This document shows, piece by piece, positions 12,419-25,849 of a DNA stretch of 64,000 nucleotides. The stretch's first letter is position 1. Every line of letters begins with the position of its first letter. Below the pieces are notes generated by a model. The model saw only the letters and a program-made list of their open reading frames with translations, did not search any database and was not told where the DNA came from. Location: assembly GCA_951406725.2 (NCBI GenBank), contig OX597835.1:16864001-16928000 (forward strand). Reading direction: 5' to 3'. The position numbers and the translations under genes were made by a program. This stretch comes from Octopus vulgaris (taxonomy: Eukaryota).

Positions 12419-12861
12419 TGAGGTATGCACTGTAATAGCGTGCCCCTGTATCTACCGTTTGTTGGTAATCCTTTACACCTGGCAGATGACACCTTTGCAC
12501 CACTTAGGCGACAACCCTCCAACTCGTTTGGGTAGTCATTATTGGCGAGGGTCTTACGAGGTCGGAGGGTGAGATCCTACCTTAACCGCTTTTAGCTTTT
12601 TACGATGCACAGACGTTTATTCTTTTGCAAGCCGGTTCTTACACAGTACTAGAACGACGTGAAATGAAGTGTTTCGTTCAAGAACACAACATGCCGCCCG
12701 GTTGGGGAATCGAATCCATGATTTGGCAATCGTGAGCGCAGCATCGTAACTTATAGACCATGCGCTTCCACAAGACGTGAACCTTTGGAATTATATTAAC
12801 TACTGGTGTTCCGAAAGCAAAACGAAACCAAAACAAAAATAAAAGCGAAACAAAAATAAAA

Positions 12862-13031
12862 GCGCAGGAGTGGCTGTGTGGTAAGTAGCTTGCTTATGAA
12901 CTACATGGTTCCGGGTTCAGTCCCACTGCGTGGCATCTTGGGCAAATGTCTTCTACTATAGCCTCGGGCCGACCAAAGCCTTGTGAGTGGATTTGGTAGA
13001 CGGAAACTGAAAGAAGCATGTCGTATGTATG

Positions 13032-13104
<73 letters not shown>

Positions 13105-13277
13105 TTGTCCCCCTAGCATTGGTTGACAACCGATGCTGGTGTGTTTACGTCCCCGTAACTTAGCGGTTCGGCAAAAAGAGACCGATAGAATAAGTACTGG
13201 GCTTACAAAGAATAAGTCCCGGTGCTCCAGCATGGCCGCAGTCAAATGACTGAAACAAGTAAAAGTAAAAGTAAAGT
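12862..13277 (+). mobile_element. SINE family B, near full-length
   Basis: Colinear with the reverse complement of 2636-3044, with a small internal deletion. Confidence 0.9.
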
Positions 13278-13422
13278 AAGTAAGTGCGCAGTACTGCATC
13301 ATGGGTAAGAATATCCTTCGTCGTGATACAAAGTCAAACTTTGGCCAGCGCGTGCATTAGAAGAAATACATATCGTACATTAGTAGCGACCAAAACATTA
13401 GTATTAAAAGAAATAACATCAC

Positions 13423-13654
13423 GGCAGCGAGCTGGCAGAATCGTTAGCACGCCGGGCGAAATGCGTAGGCGTATTTCGTCTGCCGTTACGTTCTGAGTCC
13501 AAATTCCGCCGAGGTCGACTTTGTCTTTCATCCTTTCGGGGTCGATAAATTAAGTACCAGTTACGCTCTGGGGTCGATATAATCGACTTAATCCGTTTGT
13601 CTGTCCTTGTTTGTCCTCTCTCTGTTTGGCCCCTTGTCGGTAGTAAAGAAATAG
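13423..13654 (+). mobile_element. SINE family A with TSD
   Basis: Direct repeat attaaaagaaataaca at 13403-13418 and 13655-13670. Confidence 0.9.
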
Positions 13655-14287
13655 ATTAAAAGAAATAACAACAAATAAGGAAAAACTAAACAAAACAAAA
13701 AAGAAAATCGACGGAACTGTGAACGATGAAGTGAGGATGAAGTGAAGAATGTTCAGTATTTAGTTCCACGTATCAAAGTTGTGATGTCACGTAGCCGGGG
13801 TCACCATTTCCGTTAATCTGTCCGGCAAGAAATGTCGGTGAAACAAGTTACGGTCATGAACTGGAGTTCACTCCTACACTAATACGTTTCTTCATTCCAG
13901 GGAAATACGTGTGTACATGTACGCGTGTTTCTCTGTGTGTGTGTTATGAGTGCATATATACGCGTTGTGTGTGTGTATATATATGTGTGTGTGTGTGTGT
14001 GTAATAGGGAATGTAAAAGACCAGAATGTTCTGGAAAACCATGTCTGTGTTACGTGATTATCAGCATGGCCTCCATTTTGATCTCCCGATTTAAAAACGC
14101 TGAAGCTAATTACCGATTTGGAGTTATCGTGGGACATAATTATTTACAGATAGCCATCCATCCTCTCCATTTATATGCATACCTACATACATACATGTAC
14201 ACACACACAGACACACACATATATATATATATACAGACACATATATATACACACAGATATATATATATATATATATATACACATACA

Positions 14288-14334
<47 letters not shown>

Positions 14335-14513
14335 GCTTATGTGTGTATATATATATATATATATGTACTCATACACCAAACGCGCACATATATTATATAT
14401 CTGTACATACAAATATATATATATATATATATATATACATATTTATATATATATATCTGTTATACATATTTATATGCACACACATATATATCTGTTCATA
14501 CATACACATATTT

Positions 14514-14567
<54 letters not shown>

Positions 14568-16372
14568 TACATATATATGCACATGTATAAATATATATGT
14601 ATGCATTCATACATGTGTTTATGTTTTATATAAATGTATGCATCTCACACACACACGCATACACACATACGCACTCTCTCTCTCTCTCTCTCACATACAC
14701 ACATGTATATATATATGATCACATACACATATACATGCGTACGTCTAAAGAGATTCACTTTTGAACATTGGTTTGTCGTGTCACACAACTCAACAGCGAT
14801 CACGCAAACACCACCGCCACCACCACGACCACCACCACCGTCACCACCACGACCACCATCATCACCACCACCACCATCACCACCACCACCACCACCACCA
14901 GCAGCAGCATTAACAACAACCATACAAAACGCATAACACATAACAACGAGAGCCATTGATATTTCCATCAAAAAGAGATTCGCTATATCATAGTTGACAG
15001 GTAAAATTTCGGGCAAAGACAGCTAAAAGAAAAGTTTCTCGATCGAAGTCAATTAGCGTCAAACGTTTAGTAAACTTTTTATTTATTTCCTTCTATGTTT
15101 TTGTCTTTATTTCGAGGCCAAATTTTTTTCTTCTTTCCTTATCTCTAAGATTTGTATTTCTTAGAGATATAATATTTTAATCTTTAATTTTATTTTCACA
15201 TGATCTGAAAACGCGCAGAAACTATGATGAAAGCAATGTTCCGTTTCTTCAGTTAATTTCTCTTACCTTGGACAGGTTCCAATATCGTCCTGTTTTTATC
15301 AAGCTATCATCAGACATTTAACAATATTCGTCGAACGCTGCAAGGAAACGAAACACACACACACACACACACTTATACACATACACAGACACACACACAC
15401 ACACACACACACACACTTACACACATGCACAGACACACATATAGATGCACACAGACACACATACATACACATACACAAACACATCTTCACATACAAACGC
15501 ATACAAATAGACTCATAGATACAAACGCACTAAATATAAATGAGCATTTAAACCCTCTCTCTCACACACACACACACATACACACGCGTTACACACTTTA
15601 AATGTTTCACTGATTTCTTTCGGCTTCGAATCCTCCTAAGATCAAGCGGCCATTTTTAAAAAATAGTTTTCATTTTTATTTATATTTTATTTGATTCCAT
15701 TTTATTTTATTTCTCAGCGTAAGAAGTATACCGCTTCGAGTTCTGTCTCCCTTGATTATAATCAAAACCCTGAGTTAGTGTGATATTTTACGGTCGAAAT
15801 AATACGCTAGCTTATTACGAAGACAATGTTAGAAGTATGGGGGTTACAAACGTTGGAAAAAAGCCCAGTAGTTAATAAGATCAAAATAAACATGGCAGAT
15901 ACTATGCCAAAGACATCGTTCAAGTAAAAACACTAAACATCAGACGATAGTGTATCAAACATTTTATCGTCTGCTGGTTTCCGTTTTCTTCCTCCCTTCA
16001 CAACACAATACATGTGAATGACCAGAGAATTTTTACGTTTGTTTTTATTTGTATTTTATATTATATTGTTTATTTTTACATTTTTCTTTTTTTTTTCTCG
16101 CCTTTAGAATTATAATGGTTTTCAACGGAAGAACAAGGTTATTACATTTCGGGAAAGATGGCAAGATGGTGTAGTTGCTCAGATTTCTTTCCACCTCCCC
16201 AACTTTCACGAGTACATGTATCTAATTTAATTTTATTCTATCAAGGCCTAGAAGGACGAAAAGCGAAGATGAACATTTTGGCGGGATTTGAATTCAGAAA
16301 GTAAAGGGCATTAACGGTATACTATTAGGTTTGTAATCTGGCACTCTAAGTATTCTACCAATCAGTATCTGG

Positions 16373-16447
<75 letters not shown>

Positions 16448-17427
16448 CATCATCATCATCATCGTCATCATCATCATCATCATCATCTAAGACCCTCAAG
16501 TGCAGCAACTGAGCCTTCTTGCCAGCAACTATGATTAACTTATTCTCCACATCTTAATTGGGTGCAGCTCCGGGATATTTGGGACTAGCATGTCCATACA
16601 GATCGAACCCAATCACATGTTGTAGGCCCCACCCCCAACGTTCACCTCCTGCTTCTAATTTGTCGCTAAGTTTATGACAAATCAATAACCAGCTGGCTGG
16701 GATCCCTTCTTTTCACTTCTCGATATGCCAGGAAACCTGTAGGCAAGTGTGCGACGCACAATCTTTATGTGCCTTCTCGCTTACACTGGCTTACCCTGTT
16801 CATTCCACATAAATCTTTCAGGCAAAGATGCACTGCTCTTTATCACATGCTGTGCCCATATCGCTTTTTTACGCCCTGTTGTGGAAGGATTCCGACTACT
16901 CCCCGAGTAACTTAAGGTGGACTGACTCATGTGTCTTCTCGCTTACACTGGCTTACACTGCTCATTCCACATTACCGATCGGGAATTCCCTCATTTCCTC
17001 TTCTGAGAGGTATATGGAAGCCAATCCGTTCTCTGAATAACAAAGGTATACTACTTTCATTATCGATATTATCTCGATAAATCTTTCAGGCAAAGATGCA
17101 CTGCTCTTTATCACATGCTGTGCCCATATCGCTTTTTTTACGCCCTGTTGTGGAAGGATTGCGACTACTCCCCGAGTAACTTAAGGTGGACTGACTCATT
17201 CTCGTAAATAAAAGAACTGTGAGCAGTCGGCAGTTCGTGTTGGTAGCAGTTCACTGTAAGCCTTTTATATAGAGCGTTGAGTCTCGTGTAATAGTAATAG
17301 TAGTGCTTCGTGTAAATACTTCTCCCCCGCCCCCGATTCGTTATATTATATATCCAATAAAAGGATATAAAACACCCAAACCTTTGCGAAAGATGGAATG
17401 ACACTAGGCTTCTTTATACTGTCATCT

Positions 17428-17811
17428 TGGAAGCACTCCGTCGGTTACGACGACGAGGGTTACGGTTGATCCGATCAACGGAACAGCCTGCTCGTGAAAT
17501 TAACGTGTAAGTGGCTGAGCACTCCGCAGACACGTGCACCCTTAACGTAGTTCTCGGGGATATCCAGCGTGACACAGAGAGTGACAAGGCCGGCCCTTTG
17601 AAATACAGGTACAACAGAAACAGGAAGTAAGAGTGAGAGAAAGTTGTGGTGAAAGAGTACAGCAGGGATCACCACCATACCCTGCCGAAGCCTTGTGGAG
17701 CTTTTTAGGTGTTTTCGCTCAATAAACACTCACAACGCCCGATCTGGGAATCGAAACCGCGATCCTATGACCGCGAGTCCGCTGCCCTAACCATTGGGCC
17801 ATTGCGCCTCC
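17428..17811 (-). mobile_element. SINE family C, tail type i
   Basis: Reverse complement of 40247-40632. Confidence 0.9.
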
Positions 17812-18269
17812 TTCATACGGTCATCAGTGTTTATTTTATTCAAGTGAATGTTTTCTGCTCTAATTTTTCAGATTAAGGAGAAACCTTTTCAGAGTGAGTT
17901 TCAGCTTAAAGTGTTCTGTCTGTATGTTTGACATTTCGAATGGTTTTTTTAAACATTCTATTTAGGTCTTTCGCTTTATGAAGAAATTCAGATCATATTT
18001 ATCGAGTGTACTTTTACCACCAATATGACAAGGAATTTTGAGGCGGCCATTTTGTACTATTTCTAAATATTGCAAATAGGCATTAAAAAAAAAAACAAAA
18101 CAAAACAGGAAAAACTTCTAAACGTCATTTGTTCGTCAAATTTGAAGCAAAAAACAAAAAAAAAAGACAACCCCCACAAAAAACTAAACCCCCACCCAAA
18201 TATTTTTGATAAGGCTCTAATTGAATCTTACTTTACGGAGCCGTCTTAGGTACGTCAAAATTAAAACAC

Positions 18270-18307
<38 letters not shown>

Positions 18308-18310
18308 TAG

Positions 18311-18581
18311 AATCTAAAAACAGAAACAATTCCTATCATAGTAGGTGCATTAGGCATGATAAAAAATATTCAGACAAATACATAACAAAAACACCAGGAC
18401 TTACAAACACATATAACATACAGAAAATTGCACTACTAGGCACTGCACACATCCTACGCAGAACACTTTCCATACAATAACCACCAGAGCATCACAACAA
18501 ATCACAGCACATACCTAAGGCACACAGAGCTGCGCTCGGTAGTGAAGTGAAAGCACGCTATAAAAATAAAACTACTGAATG
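18311..18581 (+). mobile_element. 5'-truncated R4/Dong-like non-LTR retrotransposon inside a (TAA)n tract
   Basis: NLKTETIPIIVGALGMIK/YSDKYITKTPGLTNTYNIQKIALLGTAHILRRTLSIQ* (1-nt frameshift in an A-run), then a 3' UTR; (TAA)n on both sides. Confidence 0.8.
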
Positions 18582-18623
<42 letters not shown>

Positions 18624-18905
18624 TAATGGTAGTATATGTAGCAACCGAGGGAAAAACAGAGTACTGGAAATGTGGTAATGAAAGAGAATGTGATCGCTAG
18701 AGAGAAATGTATGTATGTATGTATGTATGTATGTATGTATGTATGTACGTATGTTCGTATGTATGTATGTATGTATGTATGTATGTATGTATGTATGTAT
18801 GCATGCATGTATGTGTGTGTGTGTATGTATGTGTGTATGTATGTATGTATGTATGTATGTATGTATGTATGTATGTATGTATGTATGTATGTATGCACGT
18901 GTGTA

Positions 18906-19219
18906 AGCTCGTGGCTTAGTGGTTAGGGCATTCGGCTCACGATAGTAAAGTCGTGAGTTTTATTCCTGGCGACGCGTTGTGTCCTTGAGCAAGACACTTT
19001 ATTTCACGTTGCTCCAGTCTACTCAGCTGACAAAAATGAATTGTACCTGTATTTCAAAGGTGCAGCCTTGTCACACTTTGTGTCACGCTGAATCTCCCTG
19101 AGAACTACATTAAGTGTACATGTGTCTGCGGAATACTCAGCCACGTGGATATTAATTTCACAAGTAGGCTGCTCCTTTGATCGGATCAACCGGAACACTC
19201 ATCGTAACCGACGGAGTGC
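18906..19219 (+). mobile_element. SINE with a different head/body (ttgtgtccttgagcaagacacttta) joined to tail type i
   Basis: gtggcttagtggttaggg A-box; 3' part homologous to 40446-40628. Confidence 0.8.
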
Positions 19220-19297
19220 AAGTTATGTATGTATTTATATGCGTGATCTTTGTATTTATATGCTGCACCTTTGAAATACAGGTACAATTCATTAGAA

Positions 19298-19528
19298 GGC
19301 GGCGAGCTGGCAGAAACGTTAGCACGCCGGGCGAAATTCGTAGCCGTATTTCGTCTGTCGTTGCGTTCCGAGTTCAAATTCCGCCGAGGTCGTCTTTGCC
19401 TTTCATCCTTTCGGGGTCGATAAATTAAGTACCAGTTACGCACTGGGATCGATGTAATCGACTTAATCCCTTTGTCTGTCCTTGTTTGTCCTCTCTGTGT
19501 TTAGCCCCTTGTGGGTAGTAAAGAAATA
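19298..19528 (+). mobile_element. SINE family A, about 50 bp from an exon donor
   Basis: Matches other copies; probable TSD tatttatatgc(g/a)tgatc at 19232-19248 and 19529-19545. Confidence 0.9.
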
Positions 19529-19579
19529 TATTTATATGCATGATCGTGCGGTGTTTTTACCCTGCAGGAATGTACTTAC

Positions 19580-19783
19580 TTCGTCCCGATCATAGACCGT
19601 CATTATGCTTCCTTTACTAAAAGATATCGGCATTCCTTTCTGCATATTTTCCAAAACGCTGGCCACGTACGCCTCTCTATTAAACGATGGCGATTTATCG
19701 TTTACGTCCATAACTGTAATGGTAACCAAAGTTGTCGCTGTGATGTTTCCTAATTGAGGGAAAACCTGGTTAGATTCTTCCGC
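19580..19783 (-). CDS. Cadherin exon, 204 nt: AEESNQVFPQLGNITATTLVTITVMDVNDKSPSFNREAYVASVLENMQKGMPISFSKGSIMTVYDRDE
   Basis: ttttctccag acceptor, gtaagt donor; DVNDxxPxF, EN and DRD motifs; phase 0-0. Confidence 0.96.
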
Positions 19784-20329
19784 CTGGAGAAAATAAATAG
19801 AAGACAAAAACAAAATAAGTACCGTGAATACATAGAGATTCAAGCAAAATATTTATAGTATATGTGTATGTATGCGCGTGTGTATGTGTGTATGTGCATG
19901 CATGTGTGTGTATGTGTCTGTATACGTATGTGAGTATCCATGTACGCATATGAGTGTATGCGAGCATGTGTATGTGTGTATGTGCATGTATGTGTGTATG
20001 TGTGTGTGCGCGTGTGTATATGTTTATGTGTGTATGTGTCTGTGTACTTATGTGAGTATGCATGTACACATATGTGTATATGCGAGCATATGTATGTATG
20101 CATGTATGTGTGCATGTGTGTATGTCTGTGTACGTATGTGAGTATGCATGTACGCATATGTGTGTATGCGAGCAAGTACATGTGTGTATGAGCATGTATG
20201 TGTGTATGTGTATGTGTGCGTGCGCGTGTGTGTATGTGTGTACCATGGACATATTATGACGGCTGTAGGGACATTCTGCAGACCATGGATAAAATACAAG
20301 GTAAATTTTATCATATGTAGATATATTTT

Positions 20330-20667
20330 GGAGGCACATGGCCTAGTGGTTAGAGCAGCGGCTGGAGGCACATGGACTAGTGGTTAGAGCCGCGAACTCG
20401 CGGTCGAGGGATCGCGGGTTCGAATCTCAGACCGGGCGATGTGTGTGCTTACGAGCGAAACACCTAAGTTCCACGCGGCTCCGGCAAAAGGTAATGGGCG
20501 AACTTCTGCTGACTCTTTCGCCACAACTTTCTCTCACTCTTTCCTCCTGCATCTTGTAGCTCACCTGCGACGGACCGGCGTCCAGTCCAGGTGGGGAAAC
20601 CTATACGGCAAGAAAACCGAGAAACCTGTCCTTATGAGCCAGGCATAGCTCGAGAAGGAACAAGCAA
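20330..20667 (+). mobile_element. SINE with C-related head (5' end tandemly duplicated) and a third tail type
   Basis: ggaggcacatgg(c/a)ctagtggttagagc occurs twice; GGTTCGAATC B-box; shares the body up to caactttctctcactctt and then diverges. Confidence 0.8.
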
Positions 20668-20683
20668 CATATATTTTATCAAG

Positions 20684-20913
20684 GGCGGCGAGCTGGCAGA
20701 ATCGTTAGCGCGCCGGGCGAAATGCTTCGCGGTATTTCGTCTGTCGTTACGTTGTGAGTTCAAATTCCGCCGAGGTCGACTTTGCCTTTCATCCTTTCGG
20801 GGTCGATAAATAAAGTACCAGTTTCGCACTGGGGTCGATATAATCGACTTAATCCGTTTGTCTGTCCTTGTTTGTCCCTTCTATGTTTAGCCCCTTGTGG
20901 GTAGTAAAGAAAT
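20684..20913 (+). mobile_element. SINE family A with TSD
   Basis: Direct repeat atatattttatca at 20669-20681 and 20914-20926. Confidence 0.9.
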
Positions 20914-21217
20914 ATATATTTTATCAGGTACCGAAGAACCTGTCTATCAACTTTCGAATATATGGCGCTCTATAAAAAAAATGCAAACCTAGAGAGTTCA
21001 TCCTTCCAGCATACGAAGCAAGTGAAACAGCAGAAACATGGAAACATATTGTAAGTATGGCAGTGTATTAATACAGCACCACATACATGTTTAAAGCAAA
21101 AGTAACATTAGCCAAAACGTATTTCATCTGTGATTGTATTACGTGTGGGAGAGAATATTACATCTGTGAATCTATGAGAGCATTTCATCAATTCTCTATG
21201 AATGAACATCCACCCAA

Positions 21218-21269
<52 letters not shown>

Positions 21270-21354
21270 CACACACACATATAAATATAAATATGTATAT
21301 ATATATATACATACATATATGTATATGCATACATATGAATATATATATCCAAAT

Positions 21355-21416
<62 letters not shown>

Positions 21417-21525
21417 ATGCACATATTCAGGCGCACACATACACATATATATGTATATATATGTATATAAATCCACAGACATGTATATACACATACGTCT
21501 GTGTAAATACATACCTATGTATATA

Positions 21526-21611
<86 letters not shown>

Positions 21612-21701
21612 TAAACATACATAAATCTATATTCATATATATATATATATACACATATACATATATGTATGTATATAAGTATATATTATATATATGTATA
21701 C

Positions 21702-21757
<56 letters not shown>

Positions 21758-21859
21758 CGAGTTTAAATTAATAAAGTAAAGAGTCAGTTGGCTGTTAGTT
21801 TTCTCTAACATTATTGTGTATATATTTGTTTTAAAAGCAGCAGCAACAGCAACGCCGCC

Positions 21860-21934
<75 letters not shown>

Positions 21935-21974
21935 CATGAATAAATATATGTACATGTATGTGTGTATGTGTATG

Positions 21975-22005
<31 letters not shown>

Positions 22006-22481
22006 ATGTGTGTGTGTATACTCCAATTCTCTTCTGTGACGCACGCGGTTCTTCGCTATAAATATTAATTCAGCCACAAAGAAAAGAGTTCTATGAAAGC
22101 AGACCACATAAATATAACTAGAAATTTAGCATCCCTTGTTATTTGTTGTTGTTGTTGCTGCTGCTGCCTCTTAAAGTCGATAAAACAGCCAGTTTTTCAC
22201 ACATCTTTTTTTTTTTTTTTACGAAAAACAAAAAACAAAACAAAAACAAACAAAAAATAAATAAATAAATAAAGATCTTTTTTTTTTTTTTACTACTCAG
22301 TTTAGTAATTTTTTTTTTCTTTTGTAGGAATCAATTATGGTTCTTCTACCAAGAGGGTAAAGATTAAAGAAAGACCGGCGATGTGAAAGAGAAATTCTTG
22401 GAAAATTTTTAGCGGTGTAATAAAATTTGACTCAAAATTAGATTTTTCAAAGTTTATTTTCTCTGTTCTACTTCTAATTTT

Positions 22482-23010
22482 CTTTCTTCTTCTTCTTCTT
22501 CTTCTTCTTCTTCTTCTTCTTCTTCTTCTTCTTCTTCTTCTTCTTCTTCTTCTTCTTCTTCTTTGTCGTCGTCGTCTTCTTCTTCTCTAATCTCTACTTC
22601 CTTCTTCTTCTTCTTCTTCTTCTTCTTCTTCTTCTTCTTCTTCTTTTCTTCTTCTTCTTCTTCTTCTTCTTCTTCTTCTTCTTCTTCTTCTTCTTCTTCT
22701 TCTTTTCTTCTTCTTCTTCTTCTTCTTCTTCTTCTTCTTCTTCTTCTTCTTCTTCTTTGTCGTCGTCGTCTTCTTCTTCTCTAATCTCTACTTCCTTCTT
22801 CTTCTTCTTCTTCTTCTTCTTCTTCTTCTTCTTCTTCTTCTTCTTCTTCTTCTTCTTCTTCTTCTTCTTCTTCTTCTTCTTCTTCTTCGTTGTCGTCTAC
22901 TTCGTCTCTAATCTCTACTTCCTTCTTTTTCTTCTTCTTCTTCTTCCTCCTCCTCCTCCTCCTCCTCCTCCTCTTCTTCTTCTTCTTCTTCTTCTTCTGC
23001 TTCTTCTTCT
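22482..23010. repeat. (TTC)n tract with a thrice-repeated spacer (gtcgtc...ctctaatctctacttcc)
   Basis: Spacer at ~22565, ~22759 and ~22892. Confidence 0.92.
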
Positions 23011-23149
23011 ATTTTAAACGGTTTCTTTTTTTTTTTACGTTTTTCTTCCCAACAATGATAAATAACTTTAATGAAAGAAGTTCGTTTTTCCGGTTTTAGA
23101 TTTTCTTCAGGAAAACAAAAGTAGTAGTAACAACAACAACAACAACAGC

Positions 23150-23187
<38 letters not shown>

Positions 23188-23349
23188 ACAACAAAAGCAG
23201 TAGCAAACAAACAAACAAACTAGTAAGCAACATAATGTCGAATTTTCCTGTTTGGTTCTTTGAATACACGCAAGAATACACACTCACGTAGACACACATA
23301 CACACACATACATACACATATGTAAACACGCTCATGCATGCATATACAT

Positions 23350-23387
<38 letters not shown>

Positions 23388-23424
23388 GTATGTATGTATG
23401 TCTCTCTCTCTCTGTATATATATG

Positions 23425-23458
<34 letters not shown>

Positions 23459-23626
23459 TATACGTATATACAAACGCTCATACACATATGTATATACAAT
23501 TGTCGCTAACAAATACGAACCGACATTGAGTCTTAATGTATATTTTACGCCGTTCGATTTCTAACAAACTCACAAACTTGTCATTCTTTATATCTTCTAT
23601 TTTACTCCATTGAATTCTTACCTGCT

Positions 23627-23670
<44 letters not shown>

Positions 23671-24321
23671 CATACACACAAATATATACATAGACAAACA
23701 CACACATACATAAATATATGTTTGCAAGTATATATATATATATATATACGTTACGTATACTTGGTCGGTGCTGGAATTTGCTGTATCGTCTAGACAAAGA
23801 GAGATTTTGAAAATCAGAATTGATTTCCAAGTTGTGCTCAGACGAGATACTCTTTGCCTCGCGTGAAAGTTCTGATGGTGTGAAGCTAAGATCTGAAATT
23901 TTCTCACCCTGTAAACATGTTGCTAAATATCTACCGACCGATCATAAACTTCCTAATGGAACATGTCACAACCATTTATAAATCGTAGAGAAATGTTGGA
24001 CCTCACTTGATTATGTCTTCCAATGCATTCCATCGTTCAGAAGAAGAAGATCAAATTCTCAAAATAGAAAGAAGGAACAAATGTTTATAACATGTTCTCT
24101 TCTAAAACTACGTATTCAATACCACCAGTGTAGACTTCTGCGACATTTTAAAAAAACAAATGCTTCACACAAAATGCAATTTCTTTCGAAATTGTATTTT
24201 GTGGTTAAATTTTATGAATTTTCATAAAATTCTTGTCATCTTGCGGTTTTCAAATAACCGTGGAATTTCTGCGGGTGCTGATAGTTAATTGTAAACCTGT
24301 CAAAATTCATTTTGAATCTTC

Positions 24322-24419
<98 letters not shown>

Positions 24420-24559
24420 CACATGACGGGTTTCTTTCAGTTTCCGTCTACCAAATCCACACATAATGCTCTGGTCGGGCCGAGGCTGTAGTAGAAGACA
24501 CTTGTCCAAGGTGCCACACAGTGACACTGAACTCGTAACATTGTTGCCTGGACAGAGCA

Positions 24560-25182
24560 ACGTCTGCGCCTAGACACAATTTACATCTGCGCTTGCACAC
24601 ATCCACGCCAGCGCCTATACCTGCACACAGCCATGTCTGCGTCTGCAAGCAACGACGCCTGCGCCTGTACCTGCACACAGTCACACCTGCGCCTGCACCT
24701 ACACACTGGTACGCCTGCGTCTACATACAGCCACAGCCCTCGCCTGCACGCAACCACACCTGAGCTTGCGCACAACCACGCCTGTGCTTGCACGCAACCA
24801 CGCCTGCGCACAGCCACGCCAGCGCCTGTACCTGCACATAACCACGCCTGCGCCTGTACCTAACCACGCTTGCACCTGCACACAGCCACGCTTGCTCCTG
24901 CACGCAACCACGCCTGTGCCTGCACTCGGCCACGCCTGCGCTCAGCCACGCCTGCGCTCAGCCACGCCTGCGCTCAGCCACGCCTGCGCTCAGCCACGCC
25001 TGCGCTCAGCCACGCCTGCGCTCAGCCACGCCTGCGTCTGCACGCATCCATGACAGCGCCTGCACCTGCACCTGCACATAACCACGCCTGCGTCTGCACG
25101 CAACTACGCCTGCACCTGCACGCAACCACACTTGCTCCTGCATGCAACCACGCTTGCACCTGCATACAGCCACACCTGCGTT
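24560..25182. repeat. GC-rich minisatellite (core 16-mer ctcagccacgcctgcg) derived from a SINE 5' end
   Basis: Near-perfect 16-mer tandem at about 24941-25036 with degenerate flanking units; matches the reverse complement of the SINE head ggcgcaggcgtggctgtgtgg. Confidence 0.85.
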
Positions 25183-25204
25183 TGTATTCATCCTCTGTCC
25201 TTTA

Positions 25205-25378
25205 GTTCTTTCATTCTTGAGCTGCGGCCATGCTGGAGTACCACCATGACGGGTTTTAGTTGAATGAATCTACCCTAGTGCTTAATTTTTAAAGTTTGCA
25301 CTTATTCTATCGGTCTCTTAAACCAGAGCGCTAAGGCCTGGGGAAGTAAACAAAGCAACACGACACGAACACAAACAT

Positions 25379-25425
<47 letters not shown>

Positions 25426-25434
25426 TACACACAT

Positions 25435-25466
<32 letters not shown>

Positions 25467-25606
25467 GACGGGCTTCTTTAATGTCCATCTACCAAATCCA
25501 CTGAAAAGTTTTGGTCGGACGGGTTTATTGTAGAAGACACTTTTGCGAAGGTGCCACGCAATGGGACTGATCCCGGCTGGGAGGCAAACATGTAAACCAC
25601 CCAGCC
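25205..25606 (-). mobile_element. SINE family B, diverged copy (another 5'-half copy at 24424-24570)
   Basis: gcggccatgctggag...cttattctatcggtc...gacgggcttctt...gtgccacgca blocks. Confidence 0.8.
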
Positions 25607-25849
25607 ATTTTATTTAGGCATTTTTCTTTTGCTCTACATCATAGTTTCGTTCCTCCATTGAGTCTCCACCATTCCGTTGCTGGTCACCTCGTTGAACGAT
25701 TTCTTCAAATGACTTGCTTTATATTTATGAATGAGATAGAACGTTTTTTGAAAGCATCCAATCAAACCTGTTATGATTATCAAATTTCTCCTGTATGAGC
25801 TTCGACATAATGGTTTTGCATATTCTATTGGTCTACGATAAACCCGATG

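Noticed and set aside
15267-15289. Possible 23-nt exon (cag|GACGATATTGGAACCTGTCCAAG|gtaaga)
   Set aside because: No pyrimidine tract, the length would frameshift, and the flanking exons already join seamlessly.
24581-25205. Ala/Cys/His/Pro-rich ORFs on both strands
   Set aside because: Products of the GC-rich minisatellite.
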